Part shown: positions 1-9,750 of the stretch, piece after piece
Layout: each line of letters opens with the position of its first letter
Numbering within the stretch: position 1 is the first letter of the stretch
Assembly: GCA_964559755.1 (NCBI GenBank)
Contig: CAZLHP010000003.1
Location: 10,465-74,464 of the forward strand
Direction of reading: 5' to 3'
DNA length: 64,000 bases
Source of the DNA: an uncultured Candidatus Saccharibacteria bacterium
GTDB taxonomy: Bacteria; Patescibacteriota; Minisyncoccia; Phycocordibacterales; UBA6065
Notes under the pieces: model-generated
Databases searched by the model: none
What the model was told of the DNA's origin: nothing
Seen by the model: the letters and a program-made list of their open reading frames with translations, nothing else
Position numbers and translations under genes: made by a program

Positions 1-342
1 TTAGCAACAATTACTTTATGTTTTTTACGACAAACATATTTCCGGACACGTTTTCGTAATGAGTAAAAACAAGCAGGAGTCTTTGAATCACATCGGGTGC
101 CCACAGACACAGGATGTTCGGAACACTGCCATGAAAGAGCGTTCATGAGGGAGATTTACGCTTAAGCATACCACAAGAGCGTTTCATGGCTACGCTTCGA
201 TTCTCTACCGAGAACCTCGTCTTACAGACGCAGTACCCGCAGTTGGATATTTTGTTTCGCTTCGCTCACAAAATATACTCAACGGGGCTTCGATTCTCTA
301 ACAAGAGCATCTCCATGCTCTTGTTTACCCGCACAATACAAA

Positions 343-370
343 ATAGCCCCTTTTGGGGCTATTTTGTATT
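343..370 (-). terminator. Rho-independent terminator downstream of the minus-strand tRNA-Arg/tRNA-Gly pair
   Basis: Perfect 10 bp hairpin aaatagcccc/ggggctattt followed by a T-run on the minus strand. Confidence 0.5.
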
Positions 371-371
371 G

Positions 372-442
372 TGCGGGTACCGAGAATCGAACTCGGATCC
401 CTACCTTGGCAAGGTAGTGTTCTACCACTAAACCATACCCGC
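372..442 (-). tRNA. tRNA-Gly(GCC)
   Basis: The reverse complement folds as a cloverleaf: acceptor GCGGGTA/TACCCGC, anticodon arm CTACC-TTGCCAA-GGTAG, T-loop TTCGATT. Confidence 0.8.
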
Positions 443-511
443 AAAAACTTTACACATTCTATATTATACGAAAAAAGCGAAATATCAAACCTACCTTCCC
501 TGAAAAACTGG

Positions 512-583
512 TGTACCCGTCAGGACTCGAACCTGAAATACAACTTTCGAAGAGTTGCGTGATATCCGTTTCACTACGGGTAC
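512..583 (-). tRNA. tRNA-Arg(TCG)
   Basis: The reverse complement folds as a cloverleaf: acceptor GTACCCG/CGGGTAC, anticodon arm CAACT-CTTCGAA-AGTTG, T-loop TTCGAGT. Confidence 0.75.
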
Positions 584-587
584 ATAA

Positions 588-1265
588 TTAGATTGCTTCA
601 TCATAATACTGTATAAGGAGCTTTTGCCAAGCATTCATCGTTCGTATGTGGCTCACACCATATATGCTCATTCTCATACAACCCATGTCTGAAACGGCCT
701 TTTTTGTAGGGTTTTTTGAAGCCTTAAGTACAGTAAAGGCAAAAAGAGATGCCTCTACAGCAAGGGCTTTTGCCCAGAAAGCCAAAATACTCGATTTACT
801 ATGGTCGCCTTGCACTACCACTCTGAAACGAATGTCTTTTTTATCAACAGAGAGAAAGGTTTTTGCCCACCGTACCATGAGACGAATCATTTCAGGCTCT
901 TTTGCTGAAAAATCAAAAACATAGCCTTTTTTGACACCTCCAACCAAACACAAAGAAAGTCCCACAAAAAAGAAGGGGTTATTTTTCCATTTCTTAAAAA
1001 GTTTTTCAGCTCCTTTTATGAGAACACGTTCCCTCTCTATTCTCCGGCTTCGATTAGCAATAAGAGTCGCTACCCTACCCCTCTGTACGCGTTCTTGTGT
1101 ATGAATACGTAGACGTTCTTTCTCTTCATGGGTCAAATCCAAACGAGAAAGCCACAAAGAAAGCAGTCCTTTCGATACAAAAACGTGCTGTCGTATCTCT
1201 TTATAACTCAAACCCTGCTTTCTCAATTCAATGGCTTTTTCTTTATCTTTTGACCTATGCTTCAT
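588..1265 (-). CDS. Hypothetical protein with an N-terminal helix-turn-helix (resolvase/transposase-OrfA-like HTH), possibly a degenerate mobile-element protein
   Basis: ORF with the HTH-like segment KAIELRKQGLSYKEIRQHVFVSKGLLSLWL; no DDE or recombinase catalytic motifs recognised; sits directly upstream of two tRNAs. Confidence 0.35.
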   Translation of the reverse strand: MKHRSKDKEKAIELRKQGLSYKEIRQHVFVSKGLLSLWLSRLDLTHEEKERLRIHTQERVQRGRVATLIANRSRRIERERVLIKGAEKLFKKWKNNPFFFVGLSLCLVGGVKKGYVFDFSAKEPEMIRLMVRWAKTFLSVDKKDIRFRVVVQGDHSKSSILAFWAKALAVEASLFAFTVLKASKNPTKKAVSDMGCMRMSIYGVSHIRTMNAWQKLLIQYYDEAI

Positions 1266-1330
1266 ATTTAGTATAAATATATCATATGGTTCTATTTCCT
1301 CAAAATGTTTTACGGTGTAGAATAAACACA

Positions 1331-2800
1331 ATGAATACGAAAAAATATACTATCCCTCCTGAAGTTTCACATGTAACCGAGACACTCCTAGCTAACGGTT
1401 TTGAAGCATACCTTGTTGGTGGATGCGTTCGAGATCTTGTTTTAAACAAAAAACCAAAAGATTGGGACGTTACGACAAACGCAATTCCGGAACAAATAAT
1501 AAATCTCTTCCCAAAGACGTTTTACGAGAACACCTACGGAACAGTAGGGGTGGTAAACGATGAGGCCACAGACAACACCCTTAAAATAGTAGAAGTTACG
1601 CCATACCGCACAGAATCCGAATATTCAGACAAAAGACGCCCAGACTCTGTTTCTTTCAGCAAAAAAATAGAAGACGACCTCAAACGAAGAGATTTCACTA
1701 TAAACGCACTCGCATTATCAAAAGACGGCTCTATTATTGACCTTTTTAACGGTCAGGATGATTTAGAGAAGGGAATAATCCGTACTGTAGGGGAGGCTCA
1801 CGCTCGTTTTTCAGAAGACGCGCTACGTATTCTTCGTGCAGTCAGAATAGCCACAGAATTGGGGTTTCACGTGGAACCAGATACCGAAAAAGCACTGGAA
1901 ACACACTCTCCACTCTTAAAACACATAGCTCTTGAACGTGTTCGCGACGAATTCACAAGAATTATCATGTCCGATAACCCTATAGCAGGAATCGAGAGAT
2001 GCCATCAGCTTGGAATACTGCGCTACATAATTCCTGAATTAGAGCAGGGAATAGGTGTTGAGCAAAACCAAGCCCACTCATTTGACGTATGGACACACCT
2101 CTTGAAAACACTCCAGCATGCCGCTTTCAAGAAATGGTCTCTTGAAATAAGGCTTTCTGCGCTACTTCATGACATAGGAAAGCCCGCAACACGCAGGTTT
2201 TCACGTGAAACAAACCAATACACATTTTACGGACATGAGGTTGTTGGTGCCAAAATGACCAAGAAAATACTAGAAAGGCTCAAGTTTTCACGTGAAACCG
2301 TAGAAAATGTAACCAAATTCGTTAGATGGCACATGTTTTTCTCAGATACTGAAGAAATTACACTTTCAGCAGTCAGACGAATGATAAACAACGTTGGCAA
2401 GGAAAGAATTTGGGATCTCATGGACCTACGGGCTTGTGACCGCATAGGAACCGGCAGGCCAAAAGAAAACCCCTACAGACTGAGAAAGTACAAGGCGATG
2501 GTTGAAGAGGCTCTCAGAGACCCTATATCAGTCGGATTACTAAAAGTAGACGGCAAAGATATTATGGAGATAACACAATCAGCGCCAGGTCCTAAAATAG
2601 GACTCATTCTAAACGCTCTCCTCGAAGAAGCCCTCGAAGATCCTCGTGTTAATACAAAAGAGTTTCTCACCAAACGTGTGCTCGAACTCTACGCAATGGA
2701 CGAAAAAGAACTTAAGAAACACGCAGTAATAGGGAAAGACAAGAAAGAAAAGGCAGAAGAAACAGAACTAAAAAAGATACGCAGTAAACATAATATTTAA
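1331..2800 (+). CDS. cca: CCA-adding tRNA nucleotidyltransferase (polyA-polymerase head plus HD domain)
   Basis: GGCVRDLVLNKKPKDWDVTTNA nucleotidyltransferase motif and an HD-domain region (LLHDIGK); ATG at 1331. Confidence 0.85.
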   Translation: MNTKKYTIPPEVSHVTETLLANGFEAYLVGGCVRDLVLNKKPKDWDVTTNAIPEQIINLFPKTFYENTYGTVGVVNDEATDNTLKIVEVTPYRTESEYSDKRRPDSVSFSKKIEDDLKRRDFTINALALSKDGSIIDLFNGQDDLEKGIIRTVGEAHARFSEDALRILRAVRIATELGFHVEPDTEKALETHSPLLKHIALERVRDEFTRIIMSDNPIAGIERCHQLGILRYIIPELEQGIGVEQNQAHSFDVWTHLLKTLQHAAFKKWSLEIRLSALLHDIGKPATRRFSRETNQYTFYGHEVVGAKMTKKILERLKFSRETVENVTKFVRWHMFFSDTEEITLSAVRRMINNVGKERIWDLMDLRACDRIGTGRPKENPYRLRKYKAMVEEALRDPISVGLLKVDGKDIMEITQSAPGPKIGLILNALLEEALEDPRVNTKEFLTKRVLELYAMDEKELKKHAVIGKDKKEKAEETELKKIRSKHNI

Positions 2801-2830
2801 AAAAACGGCTTAACAAAGCCGTTTTTTGCT
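2801..2830 (+). terminator. Rho-independent terminator after cca
   Basis: aaacggctt-aacaa-agccgtttttt hairpin plus T-run. Confidence 0.7.
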
Positions 2831-2866
2831 TTGTTTCCCGTGAAACACTTCTTTAAAACAAAAAAC

Positions 2867-3200
2867 AAACCGCCTGAGCGATGATGCTTGGGCGGTTTTG
2901 GTGCAAAGAGCCTCTTAGGGTCAACGAGTTGGCGAATCCACTAGGGAGACGGCGATAAAATAAATATATGCCGTATAGTGGGACCGAGCTCGTTGGCCAA
3001 AGGGTTCTTTAGCAAAGAATGTAAGGAGAGACCACGTGTCTCAACTTACGAGGAGTCTCTCATTGTAGCAGTGAGGAGACTATAAAAATGTGTAAAGAAC
3101 TTTTTCCGAACCGTGTCCTTTAAAAGGATCGTTACTCGGTTCTGGAATAATAATAACAACTATCAAGGACATGTAAAGGACAAGCATGTGGATAACTTAA
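2867..3200 (+). ncRNA. Candidate structured non-coding RNA(s) of unknown class in a 400 nt ORF-free gap between convergent genes
   Basis: No ORF longer than 60 aa. Nested long-range stem GGTCAACGAGTT (2919-2930) / AGCTCGTTGGCC (2987-2998) enclosing the CCACTAG/CTAGTGG and ACGGC/GCCGT helices; further perfect hairpins TTCTTT-agc-AAAGAA, GAGAC-cacgt-GTCTC and AGTCTC...GAGACT; ends at a perfect bidirectional terminator. Confidence 0.3.
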
Positions 3201-3201
3201 A

Positions 3202-3236
3202 CGGCGATGTCTTTTATAAAAGACATCGCCGTTTTT
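3202..3236. terminator. Bidirectional rho-independent terminator (serves xth and the upstream structured RNA region)
   Basis: cggcgatgtctttt-ataa-aagacatcgccg perfect hairpin flanked by an A-run and a T-run. Confidence 0.6.
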
Positions 3237-3242
3237 ATGGCT

Positions 3243-4025
3243 CTATATATTGATTTCTAGAAAAATAGGACAATGATCAGATCCGAGAACATCATGAAAT
3301 ATTTCTGCTTTTTTCACGAGAGGAGCACTCTCTTTGTTCACAAAAAAATAATCTATGCGCCAACCAATATTTCTTTCTCGTGCAAATGTTTTCATGTCCC
3401 ACCACGTGTATGCATTTTTCTTTTCTGGATATTTCAAACGAAACGTATCAACATATCCTGCTGAAATAACATCATCAATCCACGCTCTTTCGATCGGAAG
3501 AAACCCTGTAGTGTTTTGATTCTCTTTTGGTCGAGAGAGATCAATCTCTGTATGTGCAGTATTCACATCTCCCGTAAAGACAATGGCATAGCCTTTTTTC
3601 TTTAAATCCTCAATATACGCCAGAAAAGCGTCATAGTAACGCAGTTTAAAAGCGATGCGCTCCTCACCACCACCTCCATTAGGGAAATACGTGTTTATAA
3701 GTACCCATTTTGTGTTTTTACCCTTAAAAAACAAGGCTACTTGGCGACCCTCTTGATCCAATTCATCTATACCAAACCCATACTCCACCTTTTCAGGAAC
3801 GTTTTTCGTGTATACAGCAACACCACTGTAGCCCTTTTTCATTTTGGAATGATCAAAATACGATGTATATCCTTGAGGAGAGAGCACAGCCTCAGTTAAT
3901 TGATCCCTATGTGCCTTTGTCTCCTGTAAACAGAAAATATCAGGGGATTCATTTAAAATCCAATCAAAAGCACCTTTTTTAACATGGGCACGAATACCAT
4001 TCACGTTCCAGGAAATAATTTTCAT
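3243..4025 (-). CDS. xth: Exodeoxyribonuclease III (AP endonuclease)
   Basis: MKIISWNVNGIRA...CLQETK...GDVNTAHTEIDL...SDHCP ExoIII signature residues; start trimmed to the internal Met of the 309 aa ORF. Confidence 0.85.
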   Translation of the reverse strand: MKIISWNVNGIRAHVKKGAFDWILNESPDIFCLQETKAHRDQLTEAVLSPQGYTSYFDHSKMKKGYSGVAVYTKNVPEKVEYGFGIDELDQEGRQVALFFKGKNTKWVLINTYFPNGGGGEERIAFKLRYYDAFLAYIEDLKKKGYAIVFTGDVNTAHTEIDLSRPKENQNTTGFLPIERAWIDDVISAGYVDTFRLKYPEKKNAYTWWDMKTFARERNIGWRIDYFFVNKESAPLVKKAEIFHDVLGSDHCPIFLEINI

Positions 4026-4062
4026 AGACGTATAGTACCAAATTTCCCCTGTAATAAAAAAG

Positions 4063-4326
4063 CTACACCACAGGGTGTAGCTCGATTTTTTCAAGTGGTG
4101 GTGGAACCACAACCGGAATTTGTGGGCTGTCAGAATACACCACATCCTCATTATACGGAATATAACCCTCAATCCGTTCGTGAAGTAATTCTGGTGTAAC
4201 TACGACCTTAACAGGAATACAGAGTACTCCGGAAACCTTATATATCTGAATTGATGAACGGACGTACACACGAGCGTCATCAGATCGATAAAAAGGCCTT
4301 CCTACCTCGATTTCAAAGGCTTTCAT
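4063..4326 (-). CDS. Small hypothetical protein between xerC and xth
   Basis: ORF only; same strand and tight spacing suggest co-transcription. Confidence 0.3.
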   Translation of the reverse strand: MKAFEIEVGRPFYRSDDARVYVRSSIQIYKVSGVLCIPVKVVVTPELLHERIEGYIPYNEDVVYSDSPQIPVVVPPPLEKIELHPVV

Positions 4327-4371
4327 AGAACTATAATCATAAGTATCCACACAAAACGGGGGCCGGTCAAC

Positions 4372-5295
4372 TTACTTAGACTTCTTGTTGTGAAATTGCT
4401 TATGAATATTACGTAGATGTTTGTCGGTAACGTGAGTATAAATCTGAGTTGTACCAATGTGAGCATGCCCAAGAAGAGCTTGCACTGAGCGCAAATCAGC
4501 ACCATTTGATAACAAATCTGTTGCAAAACTGTGTCTAATAACGTGTGGAGTTACTTTCTTGGAAATACCAGCCTTGATCGCATAGTATTTCACGATACGC
4601 TCAATAGACCTGCGCGTAAGAGGAAAGGAGTCATCATTGCCTTTTTTTTCATATGCCAGCTTCACAAAAAGAGCATCGTCTACGTCACCACGCTTATCAA
4701 GATAGGCTTTTATTGCCTTACGAGCATCGTCTGATATAAAAACCACACGAACTTTGTCACCCTTACCCCTAATAGAAATCTCGTCGGCAGACAAATCAAT
4801 ATCGCGCGAGAGGGAACAGAGCTCAGAAACGCGCAATCCTGTAGAAAACAAAAGCTCTAAAATAGCCTTATCTCTCAAGGATTTAATGTCAGAACCGCTC
4901 GGGACAGCAAGTAAGCGGTGTAAATCATCGTTTGACATGAACTCAATGTGGCGTTCACCGACCTTTGCTAACTCAATCTTGTCTGGAGGAAGAGATGGCA
5001 CGCCTTGGCGCGCTAAATACTTGAGGAATGCCCTCAATGCTATCAGGTAATAATTCTGAGTCTTTTTTTTGAGTGTTTCCCCCGTGGCTTTGTTATTGCC
5101 CGTAGATTGCCTATTGAGCCACAGCCTGAACTCTCGTACTGACGTATCGGTAATGTCAGAAGGGTTATCTTTCTTTAAAAAAGCAATAAAACGAGTGAGG
5201 TAACGGTCGTAATTCTGTACGGTATTCAAACTACGGCCTTTTTCAATCTCAACGTATTCGAGAAATTGTTGTTTCAAAGCTTTGAGAGATGCCAT
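4372..5295 (-). CDS. xerC: Tyrosine site-specific recombinase XerC/XerD family
   Basis: N-terminal SAM-like domain and C-terminal HVIRHSFATDLLSNGADLRSVQALLGHAHIGTTQIYTHV with the catalytic R-H-R-Y pattern. Confidence 0.8.
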   Translation of the reverse strand: MASLKALKQQFLEYVEIEKGRSLNTVQNYDRYLTRFIAFLKKDNPSDITDTSVREFRLWLNRQSTGNNKATGETLKKKTQNYYLIALRAFLKYLARQGVPSLPPDKIELAKVGERHIEFMSNDDLHRLLAVPSGSDIKSLRDKAILELLFSTGLRVSELCSLSRDIDLSADEISIRGKGDKVRVVFISDDARKAIKAYLDKRGDVDDALFVKLAYEKKGNDDSFPLTRRSIERIVKYYAIKAGISKKVTPHVIRHSFATDLLSNGADLRSVQALLGHAHIGTTQIYTHVTDKHLRNIHKQFHNKKSK

Positions 5296-5385
5296 AAGGT
5301 ACAGTATACCAAAGGACCCCGTATATGACTCACGATTTAAAAAGGGCTTGCTTTTTTAAATGTTTCGTGCTACGATATTCGAGCA

Positions 5386-5652
5386 ATGCTTTCAACAACA
5401 AAGAAAAACAAAGTCGTCAAATCAGCCGCGATTCACGACAAAGATACAGGTTCATCTGAGGTTCAAATTGCAATTCTTACGTCACGTATTGAAGAACTTG
5501 CAAAACACCTCAAGAAAAACCAGAAAGATAAGCACTCACGTCGAGGACTCCTCGCTATGGTTGCTGATCGTCAGACACATATCAAGTATCTTTCAACAAA
5601 ATTTCCAAAGCGCTTTGAGGCAATAGCAAAAAAGCTCGACCTCAAGAAATAA
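5386..5652 (+). CDS. rpsO: 30S ribosomal protein S15
   Basis: 88 aa; SSEVQIAILTSRIEELAKHLKKNQKDKHSRRGLLAMVADR matches S15. Confidence 0.9.
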   Translation: MLSTTKKNKVVKSAAIHDKDTGSSEVQIAILTSRIEELAKHLKKNQKDKHSRRGLLAMVADRQTHIKYLSTKFPKRFEAIAKKLDLKK

Positions 5653-5679
5653 ATCTGACACCGAAGCTGTCAGATTTTG
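5653..5679 (+). terminator. Rho-independent terminator after rpsO
   Basis: tctgaca-ccgaagc-tgtcaga hairpin plus tttt. Confidence 0.65.
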
Positions 5680-5795
5680 GCTATAAAAGCTGAAAGTATT
5701 GTATTTTTTACGCTTCATATGTCGGTCATTTTAATAAGTTAGTTTAGTTTCTTTTAGATAAAGCGTCTCGCGCTATACCCTAAAAGCTCTTTTAC

Positions 5796-6446
5796 ATGTC
5801 AGTCATTAAACACAAAGATCAGCGTGTCGGTATTTTTATAGACACACAAAATCTTTATCACTCTGCAAAAAATCTCTACCACGCTCGGGTCAACTTTGAC
5901 CAAGTGGTCAAAGACGCCCTTGCAGATAGACGGCTCATTCGAGCAACGGCCTACGTCATCACCACCGAATCAGGAGATGAAAAAAATTTCTTTGAAGCCC
6001 TAGAAAAAATGGGAATCGAAGCAAAGACAAAAGATCTCCAAATATTTTCAGGAGGCTCCAAAAAAGCTGACTGGGATGTAGGTCTCGCTATTGATGCGGT
6101 TAAACTCGCACCAAAACTCGACGCTGTTATTCTCGTAACAGGTGACGGGGACTTTGTTCCTCTCGTTGAATACCTTCAAATGAACGAAGGTTGTCAGGTT
6201 GAAGTTGTAACGTTCGGTAAGTCAGCCTCAGGTAAACTCAAAGAGGCGACAGACGATTTTATCGATCTCGACAAAAACCCTGGACGATATCTCCTTGGAC
6301 ACAGAGATACACACAAAACAGGAGGGAACACTGAACGAGAGATTCCTCAAAAAAACGAACGCCCACTACGACCTGAACGCCCAGAAAAACCTCAACGATC
6401 AGAATCTCGGATACGTAAAGTCATTCGTGAAAAACAAGACGAATAA
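5796..6446 (+). CDS. NYN/LabA-like domain protein with a basic C-terminal tail
   Basis: VGIFIDTQNLYHSAKNLYH...VILVTGDGDFVPLVEYLQ matches the NYN/LabA (PIN-like) fold motifs. Confidence 0.6.
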   Translation: MSVIKHKDQRVGIFIDTQNLYHSAKNLYHARVNFDQVVKDALADRRLIRATAYVITTESGDEKNFFEALEKMGIEAKTKDLQIFSGGSKKADWDVGLAIDAVKLAPKLDAVILVTGDGDFVPLVEYLQMNEGCQVEVVTFGKSASGKLKEATDDFIDLDKNPGRYLLGHRDTHKTGGNTEREIPQKNERPLRPERPEKPQRSESRIRKVIREKQDE

Positions 6447-6520
6447 ATAGCTATCAGAAAAAACCGGAGCACTTCCGGTTTTTTCTATTCTTCAAACTCA
6501 TTTTCCTATACAATAGAGGT

Positions 6521-7765
6521 ATGGATAGCGTAGAAAACGAAGAGAACAAACAAAAGGAACAAGCCCTCGATAGGGCAGGTTTCAAAAATGAAGGTGTAGA
6601 CATCCTGGGAGATACCCCGTCTGGGGCGTCTGACTCTCTCGAGGAGGTTTCACAAAACCTTCAGAATGTTGCTACTGCACTTGAACAAAATACAATCAAG
6701 CAAACACCGCCACCAGAAATAAAGTCTCCTGAGCCACAAATACAACCTCCCAAAAAACAGCCGAACAGCCAAGCGGAAGAGGAGGGATATATTGAAGTTC
6801 CCGGTGGTAGTACTTTTGGTGGCAAAGGCGGAACTCTTGAAAGCGAAATTGCGCAAGTTCTTCAAGATGCAGAAAAAGTGTCGACCGTAGCACGCCCGAC
6901 AATTCCTATAAATAACCCTGGAATCAAACCTCTTCGAACCTATAAAACTGATACCGAGGAGGCGATACAAAACCAAAGAATGTCTGTGGTTACCATTGCT
7001 GTCGCTGAATCAAACAAAAAAGAGGAACAAAAAATGTCCGCTCCTGAGCAGGAAAAGGTAAAAATTCCTTACGGAGCAATTATTACCAGCATTATACTTG
7101 TTGTTCTCGGAGCTGGAGCTTTCTACGTTGTGTATCTCAAACAAACAAATCCTCCGACCGCACAAATAGAAGGGAACACCGAAGAGACCGCACCTATTGT
7201 AAAAACAAAAAACATTCAAGAGCTCGATTTTGCGAACTCAAGAAACCTTATGTATGACATTGCCCTCAAGGGCTCAAATGCAGGAGGAGCAACAATTGGA
7301 GATATTGTAACGGTGCAACCTGTATCAAACACCGCATCGGGCAAAGTAGTACCTACCGCACAATCCTTTTTTGAAAAAGCGACACCTCTCATACCAGGAA
7401 AGCTCGCTCGATCACTCTCAAAAGAATTTTTTATTGGTATTCACGTGTTTGATGGACCAACACCCTTTATTATCCTAAAAACAACCTTCTTCCAAAATGC
7501 TTTTGCGGGAATGCTCGAATGGGAATCAACAATCACACAAGACCTTGCTCCACTCATTACGCTCTCACATGGCAATGTAAAAGCGGGCACATTCTTTATC
7601 GATAGCGTTGTTAAAAACAAAGATGTGAGAATCATCCGAGGCTCAGAAGGTCAGGACTTACTTTTCTACACATTTGTCGACAGAAACACCATACTCATAA
7701 CCACAAAGAAACTCACCCTTGAGGATCTCATCGCTCGACTTACCACAACAACAGTTGTGCGTTAA
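6521..7765 (+). CDS. Hypothetical membrane protein (acidic and Pro-rich N-terminus, one TM helix, C-terminal globular region)
   Basis: ORF; TM segment IITSIILVVLGAGAFYVVYL; no recognisable family. Confidence 0.4.
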   Translation: MDSVENEENKQKEQALDRAGFKNEGVDILGDTPSGASDSLEEVSQNLQNVATALEQNTIKQTPPPEIKSPEPQIQPPKKQPNSQAEEEGYIEVPGGSTFGGKGGTLESEIAQVLQDAEKVSTVARPTIPINNPGIKPLRTYKTDTEEAIQNQRMSVVTIAVAESNKKEEQKMSAPEQEKVKIPYGAIITSIILVVLGAGAFYVVYLKQTNPPTAQIEGNTEETAPIVKTKNIQELDFANSRNLMYDIALKGSNAGGATIGDIVTVQPVSNTASGKVVPTAQSFFEKATPLIPGKLARSLSKEFFIGIHVFDGPTPFIILKTTFFQNAFAGMLEWESTITQDLAPLITLSHGNVKAGTFFIDSVVKNKDVRIIRGSEGQDLLFYTFVDRNTILITTKKLTLEDLIARLTTTTVVR

Positions 7766-7782
7766 AAATACGTTTTGCACGA

Positions 7783-8187
7783 ATGACTCTATCCTTGTAT
7801 GATAGAGTCATGAAAAATACATTAGACACAGAATACTTCAAAAAGAGACTCGAGACAGAACTCAAGAGTTTAGAAAAGGATCTTGCAACTGTAGGACACA
7901 AAAGTGCATCTAATCCAAAAGACTGGGAACCCGTATCAGGAGATGTTGACGTAAACGCATCAGACTCTGCTGACATCGCTGACAATATAGAAAATTACGA
8001 ATCAAACACAGCGGTTCTCAAACCTCTGGAAATTCAGTACAACGACGTAAAACGCGCTCTCGATAAAATAAAAAAGGGTACCTACGGTATATGTGAAATT
8101 TCTGGAGAGCCTATTGAAAAAGAACGTCTCGAAGCCAATCCATCGGCCCGAACAAGCATCAAGCATAAGGACGCTAAACTACACTAA
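7783..8187 (+). CDS. DksA/TraR-family-like protein (Cys-poor variant)
   Basis: C-terminal GTYGICEISGEPIEKERLEANPSARTSIKHK resembles the DksA/TraR zinc-finger region; preceded by a coiled-coil. Confidence 0.45.
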   Translation: MTLSLYDRVMKNTLDTEYFKKRLETELKSLEKDLATVGHKSASNPKDWEPVSGDVDVNASDSADIADNIENYESNTAVLKPLEIQYNDVKRALDKIKKGTYGICEISGEPIEKERLEANPSARTSIKHKDAKLH

Positions 8188-8192
8188 CCCTT

Positions 8193-9737
8193 ATGAGCTT
8201 TTCAAAGATTCACACGGCACAGAATCATCTTTTAAAAGCTCATATTATTGATATTGAAACCGACTTGTCTCGTGGGTTACACTCGTTTTCAATTGTCGGT
8301 CTAGGGGACAAAGCCGTCGAAGAATCAAAAGACAGAGTTTCTTCTGCAATAAAGAACTCTGGTTTTACGGCTCCAAAAAGTAAAAACGAAAAAATAGTGG
8401 TGTCACTGGCACCAGCAGATATAAAAAAAGAAGGTCCTTCTTTTGATGTGGGCATTGCCCTTGGATATCTCGTTGCGACAGGGGACATTGAATTTAATCC
8501 TGAAAAAACCATTTTCCTAGGAGAACTCTCACTCGACGGAAGCATTCGTTCTATCACGGGCGTACTTCCTCTTATCGTTGAGGCACGTAAGCACGGTTTT
8601 GTCCGTGCATTTGTTCCAAAAGAAAACGCGGAGGAAGCGGCGCTTGTAGAGGGGATCAGTATTTACCCAGCAGCATCACTCACGGAACTCATAGAACACC
8701 TAAACGTCCGCGACAAAAAAAGTACGCCAAAAACCCTACTCGAACAACCAAAAACAGAAATCATTTATACCAAAGAGGATGTGTCTATTGATTTCGACGA
8801 TGTGGAAGGGAACGAAACCGCAAAACGAGGACTTCTCATTGCCGCTGCCGGCGGCCACAACATTGCACTCTTTGGACCACCCGGCACAGGTAAAACAATG
8901 CTTGCAAAAGCATTTAGAAGTATATTGCCACCACTTTCACTTAAAGATGTTTTAGAAGTTACAGCAATTCACTCGATAGCAGGAACATTGAAATCGGCAT
9001 ACATGACACATCCGCCGATACGCTCACCTCATCACACTGCCTCATACGTTTCCCTTGTCGGGGGCGGGGCAGTACCAAAACCAGGAGAGATCACTCTTGC
9101 ACATAAAGGTGTACTTTTTCTCGATGAGTTTCCTGAATTTGATAAAAAGGTTATAGAAACCCTGAGACAGCCCCTTGAAGAAAAAGTTGTCTCTGTTACG
9201 CGCGCACGTGGTTCGGCTCATTTCCCAGCACACTGTATTCTCGTTGCTGCGCTCAACCCATGCCCTTGTGGTAATTTTGGAGTAGAAGGTAAAAAATGTA
9301 TCTGCTCTCCACAGAATATACAAAAATATCAAAGAAAAATATCAGGACCAATCGCTGACCGCATCGACATGTGGATTGAAGTGTCGAAGATAGATTATGA
9401 AAAAATAATTCGTAAAAAACAGAGAGGCAACAGTACTGAGGCCATACGTAGCAGTGTGGCGAATGCGAGAAAAATACAATACGACCGTTTTAAACACAAA
9501 GAAGGTATGCTCAATAGCGATATGGGAGCACGTGATATTCAAAATTTTTTTGAAATGGACGCTCAGGCAGAAAAAATACTTGAACAAGCAGCAAAAAATC
9601 TGGAACTTTCCGCACGAGCATGTCACAAAGTAATGAAACTCGCACGAACAATCGCCGATTTAGATACAAAAGAAAAAGTTGATGAGAAAAGTATTCTCGA
9701 GGCGCTTCAGTACCGACAGAAAAAGACGGAGGTGTAG
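8193..9737 (+). CDS. comM: Mg-chelatase-like AAA+ ATPase YifB/ComM family
   Basis: N-terminal Lon-protease-like domain, Walker A GPPGTGKTM and the C-terminal ChlI region. Confidence 0.8.
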   Translation: MSFSKIHTAQNHLLKAHIIDIETDLSRGLHSFSIVGLGDKAVEESKDRVSSAIKNSGFTAPKSKNEKIVVSLAPADIKKEGPSFDVGIALGYLVATGDIEFNPEKTIFLGELSLDGSIRSITGVLPLIVEARKHGFVRAFVPKENAEEAALVEGISIYPAASLTELIEHLNVRDKKSTPKTLLEQPKTEIIYTKEDVSIDFDDVEGNETAKRGLLIAAAGGHNIALFGPPGTGKTMLAKAFRSILPPLSLKDVLEVTAIHSIAGTLKSAYMTHPPIRSPHHTASYVSLVGGGAVPKPGEITLAHKGVLFLDEFPEFDKKVIETLRQPLEEKVVSVTRARGSAHFPAHCILVAALNPCPCGNFGVEGKKCICSPQNIQKYQRKISGPIADRIDMWIEVSKIDYEKIIRKKQRGNSTEAIRSSVANARKIQYDRFKHKEGMLNSDMGARDIQNFFEMDAQAEKILEQAAKNLELSARACHKVMKLARTIADLDTKEKVDEKSILEALQYRQKKTEV

Positions 9738-9750
9738 AAGGAGGTGTCAG

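Noticed and set aside
186-562. ORFs 186-431(+) and 353-562(+)
   Set aside because: They overlap tRNA-Gly and tRNA-Arg on the opposite strand and the tRNA terminator hairpin, so they are not protein-coding.
2227-2673. Antisense ORFs inside cca (and similar antisense ORFs inside comM, pcrA, polA, PBP1A and others in the track)
   Set aside because: They are fully embedded in confidently assigned genes on the opposite strand and are typical spurious frames.
2867-3200. tmRNA, RNase P RNA, SRP RNA or 6S RNA identity for the structured gap
   Set aside because: I found no tag-peptide reading frame ending in ALAA-stop, no GGAAAGTCCGGGC P4 motif, and no GGAAGCAGCC SRP motif. The class is left open.
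4372-5295. XerC/D as the integrase of the 46-49.5 kb island
   Set aside because: It lies 41 kb away in a conserved housekeeping neighbourhood (xth, rpsO) and has the canonical chromosome-dimer-resolution architecture, so there is no evidence linking it to the island.
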